Of a stretch of DNA of 64,000 nucleotides, positions 39,571 to 54,520 are shown in pieces. Source of the DNA: Octopus bimaculoides. Lineage: Eukaryota. Under the pieces are notes generated by a model. It did no database searches and was not told the origin of the DNA. It saw only the letters and a list, made by a program, of their open reading frames with translations. The stretch covers positions 22,346,903 to 22,410,902 of the forward strand of contig NC_068984.1 in assembly GCF_001194135.2 (NCBI RefSeq), read 5' to 3'. The position numbers were made by a program, and so were the translations under genes. The stretch's first letter is position 1. Each line of letters opens with the position of its first letter.

Positions 39571-39790
39571 ATAAATATTCGCCTCTATACCATCAGAAGT
39601 AGCGCTAGCCAAAGATGGTGCTTTATGAGTTGGAATTAACATCTCACTCGTTAAAATTAACACCTAAATTCTGTCTTCCGCCTTAAGCAGTAAAGACACA
39701 ATGAATAAAGATTTCTTAAAATATGCTGTGAACGAAACAAAAAGAAATGTTGATGGCGAGAACAGACACACATGCATACACACACACACG

Positions 39791-39827
<37 letters not shown>

Positions 39828-40374
39828 ACACACACACACAAGCAAACACACACACAAACACACACACACATGCATGCATCCTTACATATGCGTACAGATA
39901 GTAGTTTGTAGACATCCTTAGTTGATGTGTAAAAACATAGATTGAAAAAAGATAAATTCGAAGACATATTTTCACATACACATACACACACACACGCACA
40001 CATTTTAATGCACACGTACACCACGTACACTACGTACACCACGTACACCACGTACACCACGTACACAAAGCATATACAGACCTAGAAGCTGTCATGGAGA
40101 CACGTTGGCACAGATGAGCACTTAGAAGCATAGTTTCAGATACAGGGAAATAAAAAATGGGCGTATGCGCACACATACATACATGCATACGTGCATACAT
40201 AGATACATACATACATACACACATACATACATACACACATGCATGCATTCATATATATGCATACATGCACTCACGCACGCAAGCTCATACACACACACAC
40301 ACTGACAAATATATGAATCACAAAAGAAGAAAAATACAGATATCATCACACAGAATACACACTCACAAACACGC

Positions 40375-40405
<31 letters not shown>

Positions 40406-40908
40406 TACATACATACATACATACATACATACATACATACACACTTACACATGGTACTAGAAACATATACTTAGTCACGCATGCATCTATATTCTTACAT
40501 AAATAACCTAAGATACACAAAAGATGGAAGTGTGACTCCAACAAATGCTTGAATACATATAGAGGCACATACAAACGCAAATATACATACACACGTCAGT
40601 TGATAAGAAAGACGCTATTGTCAGCAATTCAGAGAAGATGACAAAGTAAATTTAAAAAAGAAAAAATGCTATTTCAGTTCATCAACGTTAAGAGACGTAT
40701 TAAATTAGATAAAAATACAGCAAAACCAAACAAGATTATTGAGTTACTCTATACTGACATCACTGTAATTGGAAATGGTTGGATTGATGGCAAGAAGATA
40801 TTTATACCTTTATAAATATCTGTATAATGAATATACATATGTGTGTGTGTGTGCGTGTGTGTGTGCATACATATGTATATTTATATATAGATACGGTTGT
40901 AAATGCAT

Positions 40909-40951
<43 letters not shown>

Positions 40952-41128
40952 AACATACATGTACGTATATGTAACATATATATATATATATGTATGTATA
41001 TTATATATATATATATACAAACATACATGTACGTATATGTAACATATATATATATATATGTATGTATATTATATACATATATATATATATATACACAAAC
41101 ATACATATACATATATTTTTGTGCGTTC

Positions 41129-41164
<36 letters not shown>

Positions 41165-41479
41165 ATTATTTGTGCAAATAAGCAACTGCTGTACTTTTAA
41201 ATATTTATTAGTCATGACGCTGATCATTATCTCTTTAGATTAGAAACAAAAACATTCCTGGTTCTTTATTAAGCATTTTATATCGAATATCAATCAATAA
41301 CTTTCCAAAGTTCACTCACATTTCAATACCTTCTCGGCGTCATCTTCGAATGAATTTATGATCGCGGTTAACGACATTTTGTTGTTAGCAATGTGTCTGC
41401 AGGTGATGCGAATGATGTAAATGACAAAATCCTCATTGCCGGATTCAGAAGTGTTTAACGATAAACCGTTGCTTACTGT

Positions 41480-41593
<114 letters not shown>

Positions 41594-41624
41594 AAAAAAA
41601 CAATAACAAAAAAACAAAAAAACA

Positions 41625-41780
41625 ACAAAGTGAGGACGTGATATGGATAGTATTATTGGACGCTCAGGAAAGGAAAGAGAGAGTGTATGACGTTTCGGGC
41701 GTAGCCCTTCGTCGGAAAGATGGAAAGTTCGGAGAATGGAAGAACGGAGAAAGAGGAAAATGGTACCGATGCCCACGAGG
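41625..41780 (-). mobile_element. Hammerhead-bearing short repeat, copy 2
   Basis: Minus strand CCGACGA-A-GGGC(TAC)GCCC-GAAAC-GTC at 41689-41715. Confidence 0.75.
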
Positions 41781-42241
41781 TTACATATATATATATATAT
41801 ATATATATTGTTTTTTTTTTTTTATGTATGCTGTGTCTGAGTTAAATTTTCATTTGTATTATACAATTGACGGAGTGTCTATCGTTACTCGTGTATTCTA
41901 TTTTCTTTATTCAATGTGTGTGAAATTGTACATAGTATAGTATTCTACATTATAAGGAGCTTTAATGAATTCTTGTTTTACATGTAATTTCAGGAAGAAC
42001 CGATGAGAAACTAGATATGAATGTGACTGTATGTATTTGTCAATATGCAGTTAAGACTGAAAATAGGCGTGTATGTCTGTGTTTGTGTGAGTGTGCTGAC
42101 AGACACATAGGGTATAAAGTAAAAGTTTCTCGTTTCGAAGCTTTGTTAATCTACAACGAAACAACATTGAATACGAAACTACAAATAGGAGCTAAGGCTT
42201 CATGAAGTAAAACACTACCGTATTCGGAAAGTTTGAATATA

Positions 42242-43493
42242 TTAGCTTGTTCCGAAATTAATGGCCGATTTCGGAAACATAATTGTATTCTGGAAAAAAT
42301 AACAATAAATGTCTTGATTATTCAAAGTATGGGCCGTGAACATCTATGCATCACTGCCATCTATCAACGAGATTATTTATGTATCGTTGATAAAAACTTA
42401 TTGAGTTTGATGATAAGAAATCTTTGACAGTTCATTTGGACCTGAAAGTTTTGTCAATTAAAAATGTGTTTAAATGCTAAAAAATGGTAGTCAGTGGGTG
42501 AAAGATCAGGAGAATATGGAGAATATGGTAAAGTCTTGTATCGAAAGTCTGTGAGTTTCTGCAACGTCATTCTTGCAACATGTGGCTTTGCATTATCGTG
42601 GAGCAGGATTGGGCCACACCGATTCACCAATGCAAGTGAGCATGCATTTCAGCGAGCTGATTGTAGTAAATTTCTGCTGTAATGCTCTGATAGGCTTCCA
42701 GAAAGCTCTAATGGACAACGCCAATTGCAGACCACCAGACAGTCACCATAACCTTTTGCTGATGCAACTTTGGCTTTGGAAAATGATTGGAGGACTCATT
42801 ACAATCAAGCCATTGACCTGATCGTTTATGGTTATCACAACGGATCCACTTTTCGTCACAATTGACTATTCACTCAAGAAAAGTATGATTGGTGTTTCGC
42901 AGATAGAGCATGGAGCACACTACAAAACGCCGAAAATTTTGATTTTCATTGAGCTCATGTGGTACCAATTTATCGAGCTTTTTCAACTTACCAATTTTCT
43001 GCAGATTGCGTGATACCGTTGCAATACAGACATCAAGTGCCTGAGACATTTGTCTGACACTTTGACGTGGGTTTTGTTCAACAGTTTCTTTCAATTGTTC
43101 CTTGTCAAAACTGCATGACCGTCCTCTACTTTCTTCATCTTCAAGGCTCTCATGATCACTACGGAATTTCTGAGACCACCTTCGTACTATGTGATCACTC
43201 GTGGACCCCTCGCCGCATGCTCTGTTGATATTGGCAGCAGTTTGAGAGGCATTGTAACAAGCTTGAATTCATGGAAGAAAAGTAAGTGAAGGTCCTTTTT
43301 TTGTCATGTTCATAATTAAGGGCGCCTATGCTTCAAGAATGTTTTCTGTCTGAAATAAGTAGAAAATTATTAAAGAGTATACATCAATTATTAAGTATGT
43401 CGGAATTCACCTAAAATATAATTAAAATACTATGATAAAATTGCGTTTCAAAACACAACACTTAGAGCGGCCATTATTTTCGGAACAACCCAA
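42242..43493 (-). mobile_element. Full-length mariner relic with TA TSDs; disrupted transposase ~42290-43310
   Basis: TIR ttgggttgttccgaaaataatggccg at both ends, flanked by TA; VPHELNE, DEKWI.DN.KRSGQWLD, KPKLHQ.KVMVTVWW. Confidence 0.93.
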
Positions 43494-44378
43494 TACATCT
43501 GGGAGTAAAAACGTAGCTAATATATGAAAGCAGTAAATATGGAATGTAACAACTCCACCTCCATTAAGATAGGGATTTCCATATGTAATATAGAGCGTCA
43601 AAAACTATGATTAACAGCAATTATCAATTCTTTTAACGTGCAAAGTGTAACAATCAGATTAATTCTAAAATAAGGCAAGCTTAATTTTTTGTGACCGAAG
43701 CGAGACCGATGAGGATGAATCTTTTCTTTGAAGCCAAATAATAGGGAGAAAAAAGGGCTATATAGTTGTGTCATTATGCCTCTTCAGTAAAGTATATCTT
43801 ACTCAGATGGAAAGACTTAGAATTGATCTCTCTCTCTCTCTTTCTCTCTGTCTCTACCACTCACCCTCTCCCTCTCCTCCACTATCTCCCTACATCTCCT
43901 TCTCTCTCCCTGTACACACACACATATATATATAGTTTTACTTAGGCATACTGAGACTAATAACCTGGTTGACCTGGTGTTAAAACTCAATATACAAATA
44001 CTTCAGAATAGTCAAGTACACAGTAGTAATAAGAAATTAAATAAATGAAAAAATAATAAGAAGTTATATCATGAATTTGATACTAATTATGGTTTTCATA
44101 GCCAAAGTGGACAAAGATCTTGGTTTCCTTATTTTTCTTTCCGTTCTCACTCGTTACCACTTTTGCATCAATCTCCTTCGCGTTGTTCACGTTCTCTGAT
44201 AGTCCAGCGTCCTGGTTTGTAAATATATCTAACATTATGAACTGACCCTGAAAGTTTGCTGTGAGATACATAGCTTGCTGTATAAATCTGCCAACATAAT
44301 ATAGCTTAAAGCATGAAACTACTAACTAATAGTTTTTCTGTAATTCTGTACATTAAACGGTAGGTTTAATTGTAGGAA

Positions 44379-44759
44379 TAGTGGAACCTAGCAGTAGGAG
44401 TAATTTGCTACACGAGGCGAGTCTCGTGCGAATGTTTAGCTTGAAGTACGAGCGGAAATCCGCAATACGAGTGAGTTTCATACAAACACAAATCGTCCTA
44501 TCTTTAAGGTGATTCTGCTAATAAAACCAGTTTACATATTTCTTTTGCATTCTCTTTTTTATAATTGTCATTTTACTTGTTACTGCACCTTTTTTCTTTT
44601 AAACCCATAAAAAGTCATTTCTGAGTGTATTTTGGGGGCTGGAACGGATTAATTATATTCTTGTTAATTTCAACGGGGAAAGCTGAATTGTAAAACCAGT
44701 AAATCATAAGACTAGCTCGAACATGGAACGAATTAAACTCGTACTGCGTGGTATCACTG
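44379..44759. mobile_element. pogo/Tigger-like MITE relic
   Basis: Ends (c)agtggaacct and ggtatcactg|TA. Confidence 0.55.
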
Positions 44760-46229
44760 TAAATATGTTTATGGATACATATTCTAAGTATGTCTAAATA
44801 TATAATTATGTTCATATATATATATATATANNNNNNNNNNNNNNNNNNNNNNNNNNNNNNNNNNNNNNNNNNNNNNNNNNNNNNNNNNNNNNNNNNNNNN
44901 NNNNNNNNNNNNNNNNNNNNNNNNNNNNNNNNNNNNNNNNNNNNNNNNNNNNNNNNNNNNNNNNNNNNNNNNNNNNNNNNNNNNNNNNNNNNNNNNNNNN
45001 NNNNNNNNNNNNNNNNNNNNNNNNNNNNNNNNNNNNNNNNNNNNNNNNNNNNNNNNNNNNNNNNNNNNNNNNNNNNNNNNNNNNNNNNNNNNNNNNNNNN
45101 NNNNNNNNNNNNNNNNNNNNNNNNNNNNNNNNNNNNNNNNNNNNNNNNNNNNNNNNNNNNNNNNNNNNNNNNNNNNNNNNNNNNNNNNNNNNNNNNNNNN
45201 NNNNNNNNNNNNNNNNNNNNNNNNNNNNNNNNNNNNNNNNNNNNNNNNNNNNNNNNNNNNNNNNNNNNNNNNNNNNNNNNNNNNNNNNNNNNNNNNNNNN
45301 NNNNNNNNNNNNNNNNNNNNNNNNNNNNNNNNNNNNNNNNNNNNNNNNNNNNNNNNNNNNNNNNNNNNNNNNNNNNNNNNNNNNNNNNNNNNNNNNNNNN
45401 NNNNNNNNNNNNNNNNNNNNNNNNNNNNNNNNNNNNNNNNNNNNNNNNNNNNNNNNNNNNNNNNNNNNNNNNNNNNNNNNTAGATATGTGTGTCTGTTTG
45501 TGTCTGCGTGTGCGTAGACAGACCAACAGACAGACAGACAAACAGACAGACAGAGAGACAGACAGCTAGATAGATAGATTAGATAGATAGATAGTGAGAT
45601 TTCTTTTTTTTTTTTCTTCTCCGAAGTATAGAATGCCTATGCTCCCTCTCCAATCACATGCAACATGTTATCATTCATGTCTTGAAAATCACCAATAGAA
45701 AAATTATAGAAAGTGGACAAGAAAGCTGAAAATACTCATCTCCACCTGTAACATGATTTCGAACTCCTCTTTTCATGAAACGCTATGAAATCATTCAGGA
45801 CATTCAAAATGCCTGAATGTAATAGAAATTCTACGTAAATGTAATAGAAAATTTACGAATATACTTATAAAATACGTAGAACCTGAAGAAATCACTACCA
45901 ACGCTAAGGAAACTCTACGAAGTAGCGCATCCTGATGAATTTAGGAAAACTCTCACTGATAAAATGCTTACTATTTAATGAAGAATGGCGACGTAGCTTA
46001 AGATTCACTTAGATGTCAATAGGAAAAGCAAACTGATATTGTAATTTGTGGAATACCGTTGATCAATGGTCTGCTTAGTTAGATCTGACCTAAAGGGAAA
46101 AACAAATGAAGAATCCATACAAACACTGCCAAATATTCAGAATCTGGAAAATTAGAAAGCCTGTAGAACGTTAAATTGACGAATTGATATTTATTACATA
46201 GACATATTACTCTGATAGCCATAACGCCA

Positions 46230-46455
46230 AAATATTCGAACTGCTCCTCATTGCTATGTCTATTGTATATATTTCTGTTTTCAAAAGCAGGATATCGTTA
46301 TATTTCAAGGAAAAAAAAGAACAATTTACAGTTGACCCAGTTGCAATGTGCAGTGGTACATGGAGCCTATCCTTTAAGCCAGAATGGAGTCTTGAGCTTT
46401 CCAAATTTACGGTGTAAGGCGCGAGAGTTTGTTTCGTACCCAAAACAAAATCTCA
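46230..46455 (-). pseudogene. YWTD blades 3-4 remnant
   Basis: tgcag acceptor; EILFWV..TP*IWKAQD; FP*NITI..QKYIQ*T. Confidence 0.45.
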
Positions 46456-46829
46456 CTGCACTCATACCAAAGACACACATGCAAAAACCATAAATAACAA
46501 ATGCTTATTTATTACTACGATGACAAAATGTAACAAAACCATTCAGCTATAAAAGTCCCATTCATTATAAACACAATTATCTCCAATACATATTTCATTA
46601 ATTTCAGAGTTAATGCCACTTGCAAACGTTTATAAATAAACTAATAATCTGTCACGCATACTTTTATTTCTGTTTTACGACCACCAGCAAAATAACAAAT
46701 ACCCATGGCAGATTTACATAAAATCATACAAAAGTCAAATAACCACAATTTGCTACCTACACATATGCTCACACATAATTCATTGAATAAATATAAAACA
46801 TAAGGCAAAGAATTGTAAAGAAATACAAA

Positions 46830-46877
<48 letters not shown>

Positions 46878-47489
46878 GGCAATCGGATATATTTTCCAAA
46901 AGAAGAGAAACAACAACACATGGATTTTACTCACAAAACCTTCCCCTAGGATTACTCATCTGTGAAAAGTAACATCCATTAGCGATACAGTTACTCGCAG
47001 TGGATATATTCATAATTATTTTTTCATATAACTTATTCATAAACAACCTTTCTCCAAAAAACAATTTATGCAAAAACTTGCACACAAACGAAAAAGTACA
47101 CCGCATCACCAACTCGCTGACAAATCTTAAGCAAATAAATAACACACCATACCACCAACTAATCGATGAACAATCACAAGTGCTATACCACACACACATA
47201 CACACACAGACACGCACACACACGTAGTACGCACATACATACACATGCGCACGCACATGCAGTCATACACGCGCGCGCGCACACACATACATAGCAAAGG
47301 ATATATATACACCACATATAAAAACCAAGGTGTAAAAGTTCTAGCCTGCAGATGGTAGTACTATGAACCTCGTATCGTGAGAGGAACTCTCTGTATGAAC
47401 GAATAGCTCATTTTATACGATACAATATGTATTGAGCACTCGTCTCTCATTTGTATGATATAAAGCAACGTACGCAAATTACTATTATT

Positions 47490-47912
47490 ATTATCATTAT
47501 TATTGAGTGAGAGAGCAGTGCATGCCATCAAAGAAACACTGGGGTAAAATATACGAAGCTCATTATACCCATCATGACTACCCGTCTGTAAAGATACACC
47601 AGGCACATGCATCACAATCATATGTGCGCAATATAGTGATCTCATATCAAGATAAACACTGCAAGACCTCGCAGGTGGGGCCCAGTTAGAATTTTCTTCA
47701 GATCGAGTAGCCCATCCCGCTCAAAAGGTCTCTGAATAAGTTTGTTTAAGGATGTTGAGCAAAACACCCATGTTTCCAAAGGTGAATTGTTTAAACCCCA
47801 AAGATTTCCTCTCAACACATGGCTATGATGCTCCCTCACTACTTCTGCTCGTGATCAGAAATGCACATATTGTCAGCCACCAAGGGACATACTCAACTGC
47901 TTAAGGTCAAAC
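47490..47912 (+). repeat. Probable interspersed repeat of unknown class
   Basis: Complex non-coding block ending at a gap. Recognised from recalled octopus repeats; no second copy in the window. Confidence 0.4.
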
Positions 47913-48087
47913 NNNNNNNNNNGATTTTTACGTAGTTCCGTAAACATTAAGATGCATGTGTAGTTCTATGGGTATCAAAACGTATATATCATTGTGTACA
48001 CGTTCAAGTGTATGCGTAATTATTCAATATATGTACTTACTATTTTGTTCCATTTCTTTTTTTTTATATAGTTTGTAAACTTTCCGG

Positions 48088-48142
<55 letters not shown>

Positions 48143-48203
48143 TTCATTATTATTAATATTATTATTATTAATATTATTATTATCATCATCATTTTCATTA
48201 TTA

Positions 48204-48234
<31 letters not shown>

Positions 48235-48299
48235 GTGTGTGTGTGACATTGTTAAGCAGCAGCAGTTAAATAATAAAACATCGCTATCTAGAATTGAAA

Positions 48300-48830
48300 T
48301 CGTACACCGCATTTGGTCTGCTAGTAAATTATCACGCTTGTCACTACACCGAAAATAATCATTCTACCATCAAAACAATAACAATGGATGATTTTCTTTG
48401 ATTATTAACTGTAAACACGATCTTGGTTTTGCAGTCTCACAGAGAAATATCAGCAGTCGACAAAAACTGTTGAAGAATGAATATTCTTTGTATATCGCAT
48501 TTCTTAACAAATCTGTTTTGAAATCTTCTTTAAAACCACCAGAAACAAACGGCGCTAGTGGTACTTTGATGTTTTCTTCCTGCCTGGCACCATTTCAACC
48601 CCTAAGGCGACTAATATGAAATAGGTAATAGGATTTTGAAAAACAGTGTTAATGTTTCTCTTGTTTGCAATAAAGAGAGACAATTTTATCTTAACAACTA
48701 ATCGAATTTTCGTAATAAAGCTACAGAGACATTTCAATTCTGACTCTTTTACCTTTCATTTAAAACCTTCAAACTTTACAAAACGTGTTTATTGCATGAA
48801 ATGTGTTCCACTCCTATGTAAACGCTAACA
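48300..48830 (-). pseudogene. EGF end + YWTD blades 1-2 remnant
   Basis: FEGFK*; KCLCS..SLFIANKRNINTV..LVALGVEMVPGRK; VDC*..RVYS**SKKIIHCYCFDGR. Confidence 0.55.
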
Positions 48831-49069
48831 TTTGTCCTAAGTCGAATTAAAATGTTATTCAGTGAAATATAATGGAAACCACATCCCGCCAATGCATGGG
48901 AGAGACAGGTTCAGTCAGAACTTCGTGTTCCGCAGTTAATTATGTAACAGACTATGACTAAGATGCATAAAACACATCGGTCTATATATATTTTTTCACA
49001 CTCACACACACACACACACAGTTAATCCCACCCCAAAAAACGAAGAACAAACAGAAGAAAAAAAACAAC

Positions 49070-49185
49070 TACGTGAGGACGCTTGGTACATGCAAAGTAT
49101 TAGCAGACGTTCAGGGAGGGAAAGAAAGGTAGTTTTACGTTTGGAGCTAAGTTCTTCGTCAGAAACAGGAGACGGGGGAAGTCCA
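49070..49185 (-). mobile_element. Hammerhead-bearing short repeat, copy 3
   Basis: Minus strand GTTT-CTGACGA-A-GAAC(TTA)GCTC-CAAAC-GTA-AAAC at 49132-49166. Confidence 0.7.
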
Positions 49186-49530
49186 TGAGTATTATTAGAG
49201 TATTACCGTTCTTTCGTGAACCGATTTAGGACTGCGTTTGTCCAAGTGTAGTTCCGATAATAGTGCCTTCTTCAGAATCTATGAGACATGTGAGAAGGGA
49301 AAAAGTTAGTCTCAAATATGAGCTAAAATTATTCTATGGATTAAATGCCGTCAACAGGACGTCTACAGCTGGGTGGCAGAAACAACTAGCTATCAAAGCA
49401 TACTCGAGTACCAGTGACGGCTAAGGTTTGGAAGTACAAACACACATACACACGCATAAATACACAAGCACATATGTATGCACGTCCTTATGTATATATG
49501 TGTGTGTATACTGTTGCAGAGAGAGTGAGA

Positions 49531-49608
<78 letters not shown>

Positions 49609-49628
49609 TGTATAGATATCTATTCATA

Positions 49629-50006
49629 TCTTATATATAAATGGCAATTTTTGTCTGTCTGTTTATTACCAGCTTACTGCATAAACCAGCGAACTAACCT
49701 TCAACAAACTTTGCACACATATAAAACTAACATCCAATTCAATAATAGGCTAATTGGATTTCAATAAAAATTTATAATGTGCCCCATAGGGTAGCTGTGC
49801 GAATTATATGATGAAATGAGAAGGGTGCAAAGTGTAGTAGTCTGAATAATTTAAGGTGAAAGAGTGAAGGTTACTGATATCACGTAAGGGGAGAAAAGTG
49901 TCTAAGCGACAACTAAAGAGCGGCAATGAGCGTCTCATTACGTTAATACAGCTGTCATGTACACGCGACGCTGCATACATACTTTCGTAAATACATGGAT
50001 ACATTG

Positions 50007-50051
<45 letters not shown>

Positions 50052-50872
50052 CACAGAAAAGTAAATTTTAAAGCACCCAAGAAGAGTAAAATGTGGCTGT
50101 GAGGAATACGTAGTTTTAAGGAGAGAGGGGCTAGGTGGCTTTTATGCTGTCCATCGTAAAGAAACACTCGCACGCTAACACACACACATACATACATACA
50201 TATACATACATAAATACATACATACGTACATACATACGTCTACTATACACCATTTTAAACTCATGATTATCTGTGTGTACGTTTGTAAATGTGTGTGACG
50301 TCTTATAACAGTCTGTCTCTCTACTTTTGTACGGTCTTCTCTTTGCTGTCACATATTGTCAGATTAAAATTACGTCAAAATTTTCTAATTCGCAACTTTC
50401 CGCGTAAAATCCGATTTTTTTATTAATCTGTTCCAGAAAAATTGCAAAAAATGTAATTGAGGTTTAAAGTTTAATCATTTTTACCTAATGAGAAAACAGG
50501 ATTTGGAAGCTGGTATTTTCTGCATGATAGCTGTCTATCACAAAATGAAAGCAAAATCTTTAAGACGTGGAAGAAGTTTTATTAAACAGACGAAAGCAAG
50601 GTATTACTACGACCAAAGTCGTAAGAACTTCTGAAGTTTTAATAAGTTTTAATGTATAAAGTCATGTGAAACGGTTGAACAGACATGTAAATAATTTCAA
50701 AAGGTAAAAAACAAATCCTCAACGAAGTTTGTTTGCAAAAAAACTGCACAAATCTGTTCTGATCAAGAGGCCTCTCTGTCGGGGAAGGCATGTTCTGACA
50801 TGGAATAAACAAAAATTTATATAAGACATTTTATTGTAATAATTGCCCCGCAACGACAGGCTAGTCAACTAG
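49629..50872 (+). mobile_element. Non-autonomous Helitron-like element
   Basis: A|TC..tatataaatggc..tgtctgtctg 5' end; ccccgcaacgacagg..CTAG|T 3' end resembling the 35725 terminus. Confidence 0.55.
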
Positions 50873-50889
50873 TATATGTATATCAATCG

Positions 50890-51077
50890 AAGTGTACAGT
50901 ATTATATATCTATCACGGCCGATCTTACCAATTAGTTTCACGATAGGGTTTTAACGGAGTATTACGTAATAGTCTGATTATGTAACCATGCGCTCTTCAG
51001 AGGGTGCCGTTATGGACTGAAATATGGCGACTGCTCTCCCTTTTCGGAGGTGAATAGACACCTCCGGCTTTTGATCG
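50890..51077 (-). pseudogene. YWTD blade-1 remnant
   Basis: ctttttcacag acceptor; LRKGRAVAIFQ..SEERMVT*SDYY (cf. RAVAIDF..E.xVYWSD). Confidence 0.55.
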
Positions 51078-51959
51078 CTGTGAAAAAGATGATGATGCGA
51101 ATCGAGCAGTTATGAATTATGTTTCCTTGGTGTCAAAACGTCGTCTCAAATATTGATTTCACAAATATGAAGGGAGGACTTATTGAATGGCTAAAGAGAG
51201 CTTAATTGTTATTTGAATTTCTTAAATCATCCTCTATTAATCATCCTGGGCTCGTTATTCTACGCTGATCACGCCATTAAAGGCTATATTACAAACAGCA
51301 TATATAACATATAGTCGGAAATAAAGTGTTATCTATGGCTAAAGATTGTAGGGATTGTGTGAAAATGTATGAAGGAAAATTACAATATAAATTATGTTTA
51401 AAATACCTGAAACTTTCACAACGAAAAAAGGAAAAGTGTAAGTGAAAGAATAATAAGAGAAAAAGTAAAATCTCGTACGAAGTAGCAAAAATAGAACATA
51501 AACATTAAAATAAATAGGAAAATGTTGATGCAAGAAGACATATAGCTGACACATTTACACGTTTCGTACGTATTCATGAGCACTTATGAACACCTACATA
51601 TATCGATATTTTATTACGTAATAAAATGCAATCTGCTTTAACAGCAGAATCTAACATAATATAGAGTACAACAAAAAGCAATGCAGCATATTACAGAATA
51701 ATGTAATATAAAGTATGATTTAAAATAATCTAAAAATATTACGCCTTTTTACTATTTTGCTCTCTTACGTGATTCACCCTAAAGATTGTGGCCATTCTGG
51801 GACACTGAAGGAAATAGCTTAACGGTTAACGGCTGCTTAGAATTGCATGTAAATCTGTGTTTATTCAACCTTCTCCAATCAAGTTTTAACCATAATTTGT
51901 CCTCCAATATTCTTTTAGTATTGTATACATTTGAATAATTAGCAGAGTGCACACGGATA

Positions 51960-52117
51960 CATACATTGATACTATGTGGACTAAGATCCGTGTTGACAGG
52001 CCGCTGGTATTTATAGAGTGTTAAGCACTTTCGGTATGCAAATTAAGGACTCCTTCATAGAGTAACGGCTACATTTGTTGAGTATATAAAACGCTTGGCT
52101 GATTCTTTCTCTGGAGC
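51960..52117 (-). pseudogene. EGF / calcium-binding EGF remnant
   Basis: tttgacag acceptor; QAFYILNKC..ICIPK(C)xNT..ACQHG, with Cys recovered by a 1-nt shift at aagtgc. Confidence 0.4.
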
Positions 52118-52559
52118 CTGTCAAATTAATGCGGACGCCTTCGAAAATCGATTAAGTTTGTTCATCATTTTTTTTCAATCTGCGGAGAAATGGCTAAAAT
52201 TTGCCCTGTTTATAATTATATCATATGTTACATAATATATGATGTTACTTCTTTCTTTTGTTCTTCGAATTTATTATCAATCTACAAAGACCCTGCTTCT
52301 AGGCTAGAAGTAAGACTCTTCGATGGTATGGTTAATTTTCACGAAGCAAATGATGTTGGTAGTTGACCCCTATTTAGATACATTTCATTACGTGTCATTC
52401 ATACTCTTTCCATGCAGTGTTATTAAGTCTCACTAATAAAGATTGAGATGTTTTAGCCAATAACCTGTAATAACATTTGGGTGAGGATTTTGTTTTTCAT
52501 TTGAGGTGTGTTTCTAGTACTGCACCGTCGATTTCGTAAAGACTTCGTTAAATATGTTT

Positions 52560-54520
52560 GCAGTATCTCTTTTCTAATTCATGTGTCCATTCAACTTTGT
52601 CGCTGAATTTATCATTCCTTTGCCATATTGATCTCCAGTAGCTTTCAACCTGTTCTGTTGATGAGATATTTTTACTGATATTGTTTTATTTTTGTCCAAG
52701 CCACGATAGATTGATTTGGGATCTCTAGCAAACAATTTATTCAGTGTTTCCTGTTTATACTTTGCGAATTTATATTTTAAGTTCTCAGCTGCAGCTGTTA
52801 ATTCCTTGTTCAGCTGATGAAATATGGCTTTTGAATTCTCATACTGCTTTATTTTGTCTATGTTTTAACCTTTTTCCGATTTTTCGTCAATTTATTGATA
52901 GCGTCGCATTTATAGCTATGATAATCTGCAGGATAATTCTTCGAAGAAACAGAATCTTAATTTTCAAACTGAGAGTCTCTTGTTTTGTCATGCAGTCCCA
53001 GCTTTTCTAGAAAGGATAGCAATGTTATTGTTGACACAGACATCAAGAAATATATATTCTTGTACGTGGATTCTAACTAAAGAGGCATTGGATAGTTTCA
53101 TTTACTACTTGCAGTTCAAATTTAGATGATACTTTTTATGCTCCTTTTAATTACCTGTCTTTAAGATTAATATTTTAAACCTATTCAGCATATCAATCCC
53201 GTAACAATTTTAGAGAAATAAAAATATTTCGCTAATCCGCTGTTTGTCCGAGAAAGCTATCATTCGGCTGTTTGTGTACAATGGCAGACTGAGTATTTCT
53301 ATGTGATTGCACATTGCTGTTCGTAGTGGTGGTGTTCGCCTTAATTTTGAATGCTCTGTGACGGTCAAATGTGGGAGATGCTCGCTGACTAATACAAATG
53401 TCCAGTTCTACGCTGTTGCCAACATTGATATTGTTGTCTTAGATGACTTTTTTTTCTTGGTGTTATTGTGCGTTGAATGTGATGATCGAGTTATGAGTAA
53501 CAAATTACGTAACGTTTAATTATATGCTTTAGTTATTTCTTTAGAAATCCATGAGATAACATTGATGAATTCCTATTAGTCGAAGCTGTTGAAGTGATGG
53601 CAAGGAAGCAAGATGAGATCCGTCCATTGATGGATACTGACAACGAAGAGGACAAACGTTTGTTGGTCGCTGCGAAAGAGATGGAGAAATATTATGGCGC
53701 CTTATCACATGGTGGAGAATGGGGCTGAACGAAGAGAGGTAAATTGTAAGACAGCAGCTGTGTATAGATTGATACAATGCAGGTAACATACCAGAAGGTA
53801 CAAATCTATATATGAGCTTATATTTAGCCAGTTTTGTTGAAAGTCATGTCAAAATCAATATATCATCACCTGGATTAAGGGTTTTTAAATCTAAGTGTGG
53901 GACCCTATATCTTACTCTTGTAGGAAATGGTCTTGTCTCAAGCATTGCCAGGTGTTGATAATCTATTTGGTATTCCCTGGAGGAATTTGTTGAAATATGA
54001 GTTCGAAGTTGAGCGTTGCTGATGGTGTGTTTCTTACATTATATAAATGGACAGTATAGTGATTGTTTCTTTTAAAAAATTTTTCTCTTCAGAGTGGCTG
54101 AAAGGTTTGGGGTGGCGGGGTGGGGTAGTTAATTTCTGTTAGTGACCTCTACAGTTATTCACTTAATATTTTGTTTAGTGAGAAAAGACCACTTCAGTAG
54201 GACTGAGTACAACATGTGAGGGGCTCTGTAAAGATAGGGGACAGAGGGATGATGGCAACTGGATCGCTGACCTCGATAGGTCTCTAAGAATCCAAGAGTA
54301 TATCCTGCTGACTGTGCTGGTCTTGTGCCTGATGTACGTGCTCCAGCTTGGATTAATATTTCACAGTTCCAATTTAGCCTCTGTTGTTGGCATCTTCTAG
54401 TAGGAAGAGAACATGGCTGTTTTGCACAAAATATTTGTCCCGCAAACGTTTTAGATATTGCATAAATTCAAAGCATTGAGACACAGATTGTGCGTATAAT
54501 CCATGCGGCTGTTCAGTAAT
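52560..54520 (-). mobile_element. Degenerate I/Nimb-like LINE (linker + RT)
   Basis: SWSTYI, SS(P)..QIDYQHL, NISSYR, (T)AFD, VQEYIFLDV motifs in the expected order. Confidence 0.5.
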
